Source: Utricularia gibba
Taxonomy: Eukaryota > Plantae > Magnoliophyta
Assembly: GCA_002189035.1 (NCBI GenBank)
Contig: NEEC01000024.1
Location: 620,001-684,000, forward strand
Reading direction: 5' to 3'
Length of the DNA: 64,000 nt
How positions within the stretch are numbered: position 1 is the stretch's first letter; each line of letters starts with the position of its first letter. Under the pieces are notes generated by a model. The model was given only the letters and a program-made list of their open reading frames with translations, had not been told where the DNA came from and did not search any database. Of the stretch, positions 12,606 to 24,299 are shown in pieces. Both the position numbers and the translations under genes were made by a program.

Positions 12606-14939
12606 TTAAGTGATGATTCCATCTCCTTTACTTCCTTCAATTCTGCTTAGAAGATCAGCCACAAGGTTCTCCCTTCCCAACTTGTCCTTTATCTCAACAT
12701 CAAACTCTTGAACAAGAAGGACCCATCTAATAAGTCTCGGTTTGGAGTCCTTCTCCATCAAGTGCTTCACTGCCGAATGATCAGTGTATACCATCACTTT
12801 GCTACCTAAAAGATAAGAACGAAATTTTTCCAAGGCAAAAATAACAGTAAGAAATTCCCTTTTAGTGATGGTATATTTTTTCTGCGCATCAACCATGGTT
12901 TTCGAAGCATAAGAGATAACATGGTGCTTTTCTTTAATTTTCTGTCCCAAAACAACACCCACAGCATGATTACTTGCATCACACGTGATCTCAAAATCAT
13001 ATTTCCAATCAAGTGGTTGCATCACAGGTGCAGTAGTAATAACCTTTTTCAAAGAATTAAAAGCATTCTTACATGAATCATCAAAATCAAAGGCAACATC
13101 ATTATGCAATAACCTACTAAGAGGCAAAGCAATTTTTGAAAACTTCTTAATAAACCTCCTATAAAAACCAACATGTCCTAAAAATGAGCTAATACCTTTC
13201 ATATCAATAGGGTAAGGAAGTTCAGACATAATCTTAATTTTTGCCTTATCTACCTCAATTCCTTTTTTAGAAATCACATGTCCTAAAACAATTCCATTAT
13301 CCACCATAAAATGACATTTTTCAGAATTTAAAACCAAGTTCTTTTCCACACATTTCTTCAAAACCTGATCTAAGTGGTCTAAGCATGACTCAAAATTTTC
13401 TCCATATACTATAAAATCATCGATAAATATTTCAATAAAATCATCACCAAAATTAGAGAAAATACTAGTCATACACCTCTTAAATGTGGCTGGGGCATTA
13501 CACAATTCGAAAGGCATCCTCCTATAAGCATAAGTTCCGAATGGGCACGCGAAGGTTGTCTTGTCTTGGTCCTGCCTTGAAATAGGAACCCGATTATATC
13601 CAAAATATCCATCTAAAAAACAATAAAACGATTTTCCAGCCAATTTTTCCAATATCTGATCAATAAAAGGCAAAGGATTATAGTCTTTCTTTGTCACTTC
13701 ATTTAATTTTCGAAACTCAATGCAAACGCGCCATCCATTTTGCGCCCTTTGTGGAACAAGCTCGCCTTTCTCATTCTCTACTACAGTCATCCCTGTCTTC
13801 TTTGGCACAATGTGAATGGGGCTCACCCATTCACTATCTGTGATAGAGTAAATAATTCCTGCATCATGGAGTTTGACAATTTCTCTTCTTACCACCTCCA
13901 TCACGTTTGGGTTGAGGTGTCTTTGAGGTTGACGAATTGGTTTTGCACCATCCTCTAGAAATATTTTGTGCATGCATATGGATGGGCAGATCCCCTCAAT
14001 ATCATCAAGCATCCAACCTATTGCCTTCTTGTTTCTGTTCAGGACCTCGAGCAGTTGTGACTCTTGGTCTGAGCTCAGACTAGTGGAGATGATAATTGGG
14101 TTCCTGAATTTTGCATCAAGAAAAACATATTTTAAATGATTAGGCAATGGTTTCAATTCAGCTATCCTCTCTTCCTGAGTCTTGGCTTGCACCACATTTA
14201 ATTGCTCGAATTTTTCTTCAGCTTCAAATTTTGCAAATAAAGATTCTTCATGAGCCTCTTCTTTTTCTTGAATTTCTTTCTTCAAGTGCTCCTCAATGAG
14301 CCCATCCATGACATCCACAGCACAAATGCTCTCAAAATCACTGGGATAATTCTTCACATCCTTCATATCCAGTGTGGTTTTGTCTTCATCAAAAGAAAGC
14401 TCAATAGTTCCCATTTTCACGTTGATGGTAGCATTTGAGGTGCTCAAGAATAGCCTCCCCAAGATAATTGTCGTGTCCTTTGATCCTCCAGTGGGCATGT
14501 TCACCATGTAAAAATCAGCTTGGAATACAAGATGCTCAATTTTCACCAAAACATCCTCTACCAATCCTTTGGGAGAAATCACTCTCCTATCCGCTAGCTC
14601 AATTTGCACACCCGATGCTTGCAAAGGCCCCAACCTAAGTGTCTCATAAACAAAATTCGACATGGCATTTATACAAGCTCCCAGGTCTGCCATGGCTCTC
14701 CTGATGCACAAATCTCCTATTTTGCATGGGATAAAAAATGTACTCAGATCCTTACGCTTCTTGGGTAGTTTCCATGTTAAAAGTGTTGAGCAGCTTTCAC
14801 TCAATTTCACCTTCCCCTTCTCTTTCAGCTTGGGTTTTGACATACACAACTGCTTCAAATACTTGACACTCTTTGGTAGAAGATCAATATACTCCAAGAG
14901 AGTTAAGTTCAATTGAGTGTTTCCCAATGCTTTCAACAT
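12606..14939 (-). CDS. Gypsy pol fragment: aspartic protease, RT and RNase H (777-aa open frame)
   Basis: ADLGACINAM protease, WVSPIHIVPKK, FLDGYFGY, FIDDF (YxDD equivalent), CDASNHAVG and YTDHSAVK. Confidence 0.96.
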   Translation of the reverse strand: MLKALGNTQLNLTLLEYIDLLPKSVKYLKQLCMSKPKLKEKGKVKLSESCSTLLTWKLPKKRKDLSTFFIPCKIGDLCIRRAMADLGACINAMSNFVYETLRLGPLQASGVQIELADRRVISPKGLVEDVLVKIEHLVFQADFYMVNMPTGGSKDTTIILGRLFLSTSNATINVKMGTIELSFDEDKTTLDMKDVKNYPSDFESICAVDVMDGLIEEHLKKEIQEKEEAHEESLFAKFEAEEKFEQLNVVQAKTQEERIAELKPLPNHLKYVFLDAKFRNPIIISTSLSSDQESQLLEVLNRNKKAIGWMLDDIEGICPSICMHKIFLEDGAKPIRQPQRHLNPNVMEVVRREIVKLHDAGIIYSITDSEWVSPIHIVPKKTGMTVVENEKGELVPQRAQNGWRVCIEFRKLNEVTKKDYNPLPFIDQILEKLAGKSFYCFLDGYFGYNRVPISRQDQDKTTFACPFGTYAYRRMPFELCNAPATFKRCMTSIFSNFGDDFIEIFIDDFIVYGENFESCLDHLDQVLKKCVEKNLVLNSEKCHFMVDNGIVLGHVISKKGIEVDKAKIKIMSELPYPIDMKGISSFLGHVGFYRRFIKKFSKIALPLSRLLHNDVAFDFDDSCKNAFNSLKKVITTAPVMQPLDWKYDFEITCDASNHAVGVVLGQKIKEKHHVISYASKTMVDAQKKYTITKREFLTVIFALEKFRSYLLGSKVMVYTDHSAVKHLMEKDSKPRLIRWVLLVQEFDVEIKDKLGRENLVADLLSRIEGSKGDGIIT

Positions 14940-14993
14940 TTTTTCTTTCTCATTGTGCTCTTCCTTCAGCTTCAGCCTTCCTGGAAAAAGAGG

Positions 14994-15892
14994 CTAGATC
15001 ACCTTCAACGTGACAAGTTCTAGTAGTACTTCAATTTCGTCGTCACTTTGCACAACAACTTCATACTCCTCTATCTCGTTCTCCTTAGTCTCAGTCTGGA
15101 CTAATTCTCGTCCAGGCTTCTCTTTTCCACTCCTAAGTGTCATGGCGCTAATGTTCAGCCCTCCACCGGAATTTGGATTTGGCTTGGGTTGAGATGGTAA
15201 ACTCCATTTCTGTTTCAGGTCTCCAAGCTCTGCTGCCAACTGACTAACTTGAACCTTCAAATTCCAGATGGCTTGTTGATTTTCAGCCTGATTTTTGATT
15301 GATTACACTATGAATGTCTTCAACATTTCTTCCAACGAATTTCCAGAATTCACTCCAGCATTGCCTTGATTTGAGGCTTGAAATGGCTGCTAGTTCTGTT
15401 GGTTTTGCCTTCGAAATGGAGGCGCTTGATAAGATCTTTGCTCCTGAAAATTTTGCTACCCCATGATTGAGCTCTCCCCTTTGTAACAATTTTCATTGTT
15501 GCTCCAATGAAAGTTTGGATGATCCCTCCAGCCTGGGTTGTAAGTATTTGAATATGAATCATATTTTTTCCTCTGCAGGGGCTCCAAATATCCCATACCC
15601 TTAACATGCTCTTCTTCAAATAAATCTGGACACTTATCTGCAGCATGCCCTGTTCTGTGATAGTTCCCGCACGCCATGTTCTTAACCTGGGATAAGAATA
15701 CCTCCTTCATCATTTTTGACATAGCAGCAACATTTTTCATGAGTTCGGCCTTTGAAATTCTGGGCTTACTCTCCACTTCATACACCCTCTTATGTGAGGC
15801 TTGCTTCTTCATGATATGTCTTGAATGCTAAGCCAACTCCTGAAGCAAGGAAAAAGCTTCGGTTGGTGTCTTTTTCCTTAGAAACCCCCTTG
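14994..15892 (-). pseudogene. C-terminal half of Athila gag (5' part deleted)
   Basis: GFLRKKTPTEAF, CGNYHRTGHAADKC knuckle-like motif, YSNTYNPGWRDHPNFHW and SAMTLRSGK. Confidence 0.9.
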
Positions 15893-16470
15893 TGTGTATC
15901 CTACAACTGCTGGTTCCTTCTTTTGCGACTCTATCTCCTCCTCAACTTTCTCTTGCCTCCCACTCCCCAAGGCAAGTACATTCTTTGACAAATCTGCTGC
16001 TTTTGGCCCTGACTTGCAAACTGCTGCTGTAACAATGTACTCATTAACCCTTGCAGCCTAGTGACTTGCACGAAATCCAAATTTCTTCCTTGATTTTTGG
16101 GTTGCTACTAAACTCAAAATCGGGTTAGACATGGGGTGGGCTAAATCAAAGGATTTAGCCCACTAATACACCAAAAAGCACATTTTCCCTAATCAAATAA
16201 AAATACTTAAAACTATAAAATTAACAACTAAACATAATTAAAAATTTGTGATTCTCATATCATAAAAGTAGGAAATTTTGTGTGCTATCATACTATGCTA
16301 CAACGATACTAGGCTTATCCCCAAGTCCTACCTAAGACTAATAGAGAACTAGTTCCTTCAGCATCAGTGATGAACATAAAATTTGAGAATAAATTTCGAT
16401 GCATGAGCTACAAAAGTGCAAGTGTGTATATCATTTCATCACTCAATTATGCATGAGTAAATTCTCTTTG
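15893..16470 (-). repeat. Partial LTR (first ~400 bp, 15893-16290) preceded by 3'-internal sequence
   Basis: Direct alignment with 7681-8252. Confidence 0.9.
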
Positions 16471-17089
16471 AGTGTTCAATTGGTCTGTAGGACATAGGGA
16501 GAGGTTGCAAAGAGCTCGACCGATAGGGAATTCAATTGGTCATTTGCCCTCTAGTGTGGTGAAAACACAGGTTATCATAGGGGATGAAATGGCATTGGTT
16601 ACTGAGTAACCCTATTTTAGAAAAACACCCCCAAAAGTTATGCAAATAGGTTAGTATTCAAGGTTTTTACACACAAGTAGATTAGATCCTAGATCCAAAA
16701 TTACTTTTTATATTCTTTTTAAAACCAAACTTTTATTTGCTTTTCACTGTTTTTTTAATCATTATTTTAAAAAGAAAATTCCAATAACAATTACTTGTGG
16801 ATATGATCTTATTTTATTATTTCGATGATTTCTATTCAATTGTAGAATTACCATCATTTATCATAAAGAAATTATACCACTTCTTGGTGCATCTCTTCTA
16901 CTACTGTAAGAGATAAATTGACTTATTGGCTATATATAATCAATTAACCCACCAGTAGATCTCAAGAAACATTAAAAATGTAGACCAAACATAGTAGATC
17001 TAATAAGTATATATTTTCTTTTCTAAAATCTAAAACATGTAAGGTTACTTTACTAAAAGATTAAGAAAAAGTACAATCAATTCTATTAT

Positions 17090-18720
17090 TCTCCTTTCCA
17101 TCTTATTCTTCAATTCTTTGATGGATATTCATCTATCCAAAAGTGTTTATGATTTCTCCAATAATCTCCCTATCAACAAATTGAGTAAAGCTTGGAAGAT
17201 ATTGAAATTAATAAGATCCAGCTTTTCTCTAAATTACTTGGACATTCCTATGCCTTGTAAATTGGATAACATATATTCTAATTGGTGGATTGATCTAATT
17301 TGTTCTAAGTTCTCAACTATTTCACACGGTTTTAGAGTATGTTACTTGATTTTGATATGTTTTGATTTTTCAAAGTGTGTTAGATCGCTGGCAATTGAAG
17401 TGCTACCTTATTATCTACAAGTAGAGTATTTGGTATGTCACGTTTGTAACCCATGTTCTTGAGAAATTCTCGCAGGCAAGTGGAGTGATACAAAGCATAA
17501 CAAGTAGATATGTACTTCGCTTCAATAATAGATTGTATCATTAATGTCTCACATTTTGTACACCAACACAAGGCATAATTGTTTAGTTAACAAATGTAAT
17601 TTAGTGATTTTTACTATTATTTGCTTCACCATAATCACTCTTTGAATACATTTTTAGTGATGAATTTTTAATTTCTCCAAAAAAAAATGGGTAGAACAAA
17701 CTCTTCATTTTTCCATTTAGATACTTATCTTTTTTGTTACACTCATATGAAATCTAATTTTAATGAGATACAGAGAAGAATATGACTAAGAAACATATAT
17801 CTAACCATATGTGAGAGAGGTAAAGAGGATTTTCAACAATGATCTTATATAAGGTATAGTTCTCTTTCTTTTCCTTAAGATTATTTATCAAAATGGTCTT
17901 ACAATCACAAGGGGTCTTACAACTATTTGCATTTAGTAGGCCATATTTCTCCCACATTTTTTAGGAATACTTTTATATGATATTAAGAAACTTATAATAT
18001 GAAATTGATGCACTTTCATACCAAGATAATAATGTAGGAGTCTGAAGTTACACATATTAAATTCTAAGTTAATCTCATTTTTCACACCCTTAGCTAATTC
18101 TTCAGTTATGGAAGTAATATAAAGAACATCTACATATAAGCAAATAAAGACAAATTTGTCTTCCTTTTAATGTATAGATAAACTAATTCATGTGCATTTT
18201 GAAAACTCATTTTCATTAAGAATCCATGAATCCTAGCATTGAATTTATTTTGAGCTAGAATAAGCCCATAAAATACCTTTTTCAACCGATATGCCTTTCT
18301 AAATCAAATTTGATACAATCTTCGAGAATTTGATTCAGAAATGTAATTTTCATGTTAATATGATGTATCTTTTGTCTATTCATGGTAGAAAAGGTAAGAA
18401 TAAATTTAATTGTATCAATTCTTGCTATATGTAAAAAAAATTCATTATAATTTATACATTTTTTTATATACATACCCTTTTTAAACAAAGTAACCTTTGT
18501 ATCTATAAATTGTTGCATTTGACATAAATTTTATTCTGTAGATTCATTTGAGTCCAACAATTTTAGAATCCAAGATGCCAGATTTATTCACTAATTCTCA
18601 AGTTAGCCTTCAATTCACTTAAATTGCTTCTCAATAGCTTGTAGCAGTTTAAGTTCCCTTGATGCTTCTATGAAACTTGTCTGACATTGCAAAGCATAGT
18701 AATAAATTATATGTCAAGGG
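17090..18720 (-). mobile_element. Highly degenerate Copia RT/RNase H remnant
   Basis: FLHIARIDTIKFIL..HHINMKITFLN (18282-18518), CKTPC (17760-17957) and QSIIEAKYI..LLVDNKVALQL (17380-17571). A purine tract is at ~17090-17100. Confidence 0.8.
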
Positions 18721-19989
18721 AAATACATTGAAATTAGAGATCGAAGTTGGGTTGAGCCGGGCTGGTCCAACCGTAACTTGAAAGGTTACTACCACGTTTC
18801 GCACTAGGGTCTAATTAAAGATCAATCTTATAAAACCTTGATTATCTTAACCCTAGTATAGGATACATTGTCCTCATATTTTTATGAAAATGTACTTTAC
18901 ACAATTATGAATGTACAATATGAATATAAAGATTATTTAAGTAATTAATATCAAATAATTTAAAATTCAATAGTATAAAAAGGTTATATTCTCACCTTAA
19001 GCATGATCAAACTGATATGCAAATTAATAAAATAAAATAAAATAAATATATTGTGAAATAAAATAAACATTTTTCCAAAACATATAACAAGGTAAGTTAA
19101 TTATGATTTTTTATTTAAATTGGGAACTTGAAGAATATAAAATAATAAACTTAAAAAACCTACAATAAATCTAAGAAAATCTTAAATTCAATATTGATTT
19201 TAAACCCTATTATCATTAAGGGTTTCGAGTTTAGGGACAAAAAGACTATTAGCTTCTACTGTACACAACTTTACCTTAGCACATACAACTTCGTTTCAAA
19301 TTGATTTGAAGGACTCATTTATTCGGATTTCTCAATAATCTTAGCATAAAGGGATCACCCTTCCAAGAATACAAAAGTCATTAACAATTTTCGTTGTTTG
19401 ATTATAATACATTTGAAATATTTCATAGAATTTTGTTCCTTTCAAAATCAGCCATTTTGATCCTAATGTAAAATTTCCTCATCTTTTTATTTTTGGTGGA
19501 AATTTCCAATAATTTGATCCAAATGTCAGTTCAGTTGCTATACTGAGAAACTTGTATTGTATGGATACTTTATATTATCTTATGTCTTGCTGAGTAGCTT
19601 TGCTTGTAAGGATTGAGGCCTTTTTATTCTTTTCTAACTAGTACTGAATAGAGAGGTGGTCACAAGTATAGGTCAACTCATCGACCCAGCGAGTCGTGAC
19701 TCATACTCATGTAGAAACGAATATGAGTTGAGTCCATGTTCATGAGCTTTATTTTTGTCAAACTTAATTATTAGATCCAAGCTCAATTTAACAAAAAATA
19801 GTATCATGGCTTGGATGCTAACTTTTCAATTTTAAATGTAGGATTTGAAAGAGTTTCACTTCTATCATTTTGTACACATTTTCAGTGGGATTTTTCAAGT
19901 CAATTTCTTTTTGATATTTTGTTATTTTTCACCACTTGTGATCTTTTATCTCAATTCTTTGTGTTTTTATTTGTGTATAATCTTTACAC

Positions 19990-22154
19990 ATGGCGTGTAT
20001 GTGTCTATTAGTCTATGCTAGGAGTAGTCGAGTGCTTGTTGTTCGTTTTGTTTAACATCAGTAAACTACTTTGAATGCCATATGATTGAACATTACAACT
20101 ATGAGATTATTGAGATGTATGAGTTTTCTATGCCTTTTATATTCCTGGGAGCATGTTTTTACCTTCCACTTTATGAGAGCATGCGCATGATTAGAGGAAC
20201 CTAGGGAGTGTGATCTAGATAAGTTTTACTTGAGTTGTTAGACTTCATAATCGTTTTGGGGACTGGTTGTCAGCTTTAAAAAAAAGAAAAGGGAAAAGCA
20301 GTACCAGAAAAAAATGAGATCAAAGTCCGAAAAAACAACACATAATAAAAAAGTATGTGTGGACTCAATAAGTAGTGAATGGGTGAGAAGTGATAGATTG
20401 ATCTAGAGGAGTAGGAGGAGGCCTGAAGTTATAAGGTATGAGTGCTTGGCAAACACTCCTTGGCAAAAAAGGCCATGACATTAAACCCGGATCAGTCCAG
20501 AACAAGCTGCCCTTCACTATCTAAAAAAAAAAAGAAAGAAAAAAAGGGTTGGCAACCATACTCCTAAGCGATTTTGGATGAATCAATTTGAGGAAGCAAT
20601 CTTTGAAAGCACTCCTCAAGAGCAATCTATTCATGCACATTTGAGTAATAATATGACATGCACACCAGCACCCCTATAGCTCATGCATCTAAAATTTATC
20701 AAAGTTGTTTATGTTCACCATTGGCATTGATGAAGTTAGTTTCCTGTTAGTCTTAGCTAGGACTTGGGGACAAGTCTCATGTCGTTGTAGCATAGTGTGA
20801 TGACACACGCTTTCTTTAAATTTTATAATGCAAAATGGTTATGTTTTATTAGGGTTTAGGTTAGGTATATGTGGTTTTTCATGTTTTATGCGTGTTTATG
20901 TTAATTTTGTATGTTTATGTTTAAAAAAGGACTAAATCCTTTGATTTAGTCCACCATCTCCGTTACTAATTTTTAACTAAGTTCAGCAAAGAGATTAGTA
21001 GCAAAATCAGACTTACAAACGTATGGAATAAGTAGAAAAGGGCACAACATCCAAAGAGAGACAAAAAGCACTGTTCTACCACCTACAGTCTGCAAGTTCA
21101 GACCGAGAACAGTGTTGGTGTCAGGAACAATGCATTGGAGTAAAGGAGAGGAGATATTTTTCAAAAAAAAGAGGGGCAGGAGCAAGCGAAAAGAGCACAC
21201 ATGAGGGGGCTTCTCCTCGAACACGAAGAATACTGACGAGAAGAGGAGAAGAAGGGCTTCATCTTCAAGAACAGCATCAAAGCCCAATCAAGCACTACTG
21301 TTCCGGGACAGTAGCAACTAGGGAACAGAACAATCTTTATTTCCTTTTGGTTTACTGAACATTTTGAGTTTCTGTATCTAACTTACTTACAATGTTTCTG
21401 TTATTTTCACGACATTGTCTAAATGAAATCACGTTTTATTTTCCAAGTATTAGTAACTAAAACTTTAGGGATGCCTTAAGGTAAAGCATAGTGGTGTAGA
21501 TCTAGGGTTAATAATGAAATTTATGATTGTTTCTTAATTCTTGTTTCTATCATTCCATGGGTAGACCCTAAGGAAGGGAACAAGTTACTTCACAACTAAG
21601 ATGCTTGATTTAGAGGTAGACCAGCAAATTAAGGGGGGAGCAGTAGGTATTAGTACAGAGTAGAACCAGTTAGACCTAGTTCTACATACTTTGCATGTAG
21701 GTAGACCTAATTGCAATGTTTGTGATGATATTTAGGACTAGCTTAGCCAAAAATATGATGAATGACCCGAGTAGATTTAGGTTGTTTGAAGTTGTGAGTA
21801 TAGGAACATGGTAAATTAAATTCAGCACCTTAGCACCACACCACCTGCAGATCCTTGGCATCATTGCATTAGTCTGTGTTAAAACTAGTATCTGTTATCT
21901 TCAGCGTTGAGACTTGATCTTGTTTACTGAACTTGTTTACTGCTGTTAGTTTGAGCTTAGACTAAGACCCACTATTATTACGAATTCTGCATCTGTTGAA
22001 ACACTTAGCAAGCACAAGCTTCTCGTGATCGACGCGGAAATCCACTATACAAGTTTTCTGAATTTGTATTTTGTGTAAATTAAGGCTTATAAATTTATTT
22101 GATACAAAAATTTGATTTTATTGCAACGACATTGCTAAAAATTTTCGTTTATCA
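19990..22154 (+). mobile_element. Athila subfamily A 3' internal region plus complete 3' LTR (20798-22154)
   Basis: Inverted homology to 6715-8960. LTR termini are TGATG...TTTATCA. Confidence 0.88.
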
Positions 22155-22399
22155 AGATCGACCCATGGCGGGTTGGACTTGACAAGTCAATTGGCTTGCC
22201 TTTGGCTCATCTGACTTGATTCAAACTCTTATAAGACAGACCCATGCGCACCTAGAACTGAATATTTCTTGTCCAAAGCCCTTGATTAGTAATTTGTGTC
22301 ATCCAACAAGGGTATTCCTTTTACATTTACACCAAAAAAATTTGAGGTATGATATTAGAAAGTTGTATAATACTAGCTTTTTCAAAAAAAAAAAAAAAA

Positions 22400-22520
22400 A
22401 AGAGTATCTAAAGATCAACTTTGATGGCACTACTATAATCCCATGAAGAGATTTTAGAAATGATAAAAACATCTAGGAAGCATTGATTTTCTTCTTCAAA
22501 ATGTAAAACCCAAAAGCTTT
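22400..22520 (+). mobile_element. Possible tiny LINE RNase H remnant
   Basis: YLKINFDG motif after a poly(A) run; only one motif is visible. Confidence 0.3.
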
Positions 22521-24299
22521 CTTCATAATAAGATTTAAAAAAAAGTGTAATCCATTCTATTTATATTTAGCCTAGTATTTCACATGTACTCACAAAATAA
22601 CTAGAATTCATTAAAGTTTTTTTAATTTTTTTCATTGACTTTGCTCATTCCTCTTTCATTCCTTTTCTCTAATTTTTCATTTTTCAACATATCTTCATCC
22701 ATCTACAAATGCTTATATCTAGTTATTTCTCCATTAGGAACTTGGTTGTAGCTACATAAGGGATTTATTTTTTTGTTTTTTAAGTTTGGAGTGTTGGCGC
22801 TCATCGTATATAAAATCTCGCATAAAGTAAGCCAAGTGTTATCTTATTCTACTAGTATGTCATAGTGATAAAGCAAGATAATGATGCATGTCATTGAAGG
22901 GCAATTAATTGAATAGTTGGAATAGAAAAACTTTTAAGTCAGAGATATTATACATGAAAATTTTTGCATTTGTTTTGTTCATTAAATACAATCTCTTAGC
23001 CTGTTTGTACCTTTAATGATTCAATTTCATGAATGAGGACTTTTCATTCCTTTTCAATACTCAGAATATTTTTTTGTTTAATGGGTCAATGGTATCAAAG
23101 TTACTTATTATGTGGCACGCAAACCAAAGTGACAATGATGATGATCATATTGACTCCATCTAAGCCAATGATATGAGTATCTTATGAATTAAAACCTCTA
23201 ATGATGGGTGGAATGCTTGGCAAATTGTTTCCCTCAATTTCTCTAACCCATGTGCATGATCTGATGAGGAGGGACTAAGGAATTTCAATTTATGGCATCA
23301 ACAGAGGAGATAGAATTTTAATTTTGAAACTGATTCTAACTATGATAAAACATACATTGTTGGATTACAGCATGTAAGTAGTAACTTTAATTAAAGATAT
23401 ATATTTCTTTGTTTGATGGTTCCTTGGGGATCAAAGAGTTATTGGAGTAGATTTTGGATATAAATCGATCATTTCTCTCATATTTAGTTTCTTCTTCAAA
23501 TTTTCGAATGGGTTAATCTAAGACCTAGCTACCATTTCTGTAACTTCTAGCTCAAATCAAAATATTTAAAAACTCCAAAAGATCAATGAGTAAAAATGAT
23601 GGTTTGTAGTTTGGATGTAGAAGCTTTGACTTTCTAATAAAGAACCAAACGTCGATGAGCAAAAAAAGACATACACTAACAAGAACCATATGAAACAATT
23701 AATAATTGAGTACTTCTTACCTCTAAATTATGAAAAATCCTCTTTGAAAAATTTTAATAGTGTCACCAAGGCTCCCAATCTGTTCAAAATTGTATATACT
23801 ACATAATTGTTACAAGAATTAAAAGTAGATTATTGATACATATATCAATGTACTCAAGGAAAGAATTAAAGAAAATATTGTGATTAAGGTAATTTACATA
23901 CTTATTGAAGTTTATAATCTCTCTTTAAAACCTAAGTTGTTATATTGACAGACCTTGAATTGTACCAACAACAATTTTATCTAAAAGAAATCTTGGGAAT
24001 TCAAATCTAAGGAATAGAACATATTTGGGATGAAAGAAAATAAAAAGGATAAACCAGAATTATCAATAGTAGAGATATAAAAAATCTTGAGAATCCTCAC
24101 TCCTTCGTCTAACCCCTCGGGTACCCTTCTTGCCTCGGGAACCATTAGGATTCCTAGTTCCAACAACTATTCGAGATTCATGCTGGAGAACACATTTTTA
24201 GTATTATGGGAGATAATTCAATGAAAGTTGTAGAATTTCTATGCTCCAACCTTTGTTTGAATGTTTATGACCTTAGGGCATGGATTTCTCCTTAGGGTC

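Larger units (their letters stand above)
6715..16470 (-). mobile_element. Athila-type Ty3/Gypsy retrotransposon, near full length with a rearranged 5' end
   Basis: Minus-strand order is partial gag, PR-RT-RNaseH, INT, extra ORF, long 3' region, LTR. The domain order and motifs are typical of non-chromovirus Athila elements. Confidence 0.95.
5945..16856 (+). mobile_element. Host solo LTR of a third Athila-like family (5945-6714 plus ~16470-16856), split by a nested ~9.7 kb element
   Basis: Starts TGATGTG and ends CCATCA, with near-TSD ATTAT/TTTAT. The 5' part is repeated inverted at ~51340-51510. Confidence 0.65.

Noticed and set aside
12603-12608. Adjacent TAA-ATG between RNase H and integrase as a reinitiation signal
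   Set aside because: It falls in the conserved linker before FxDEQL and is best explained as a nonsense mutation.
14994-14996. In-frame TAG between gag and pol as programmed readthrough
   Set aside because: The context TAG-CCT is not a known readthrough signal. A CAG to TAG decay mutation in a normally continuous Athila gag-pol is simpler.
19649-22256. hAT-type MITE ends (TAGAGAGGTGG...GCACCTAG) enclosing the Athila fragment
   Set aside because: The TIR match is too weak and no 8-bp TSD was found.
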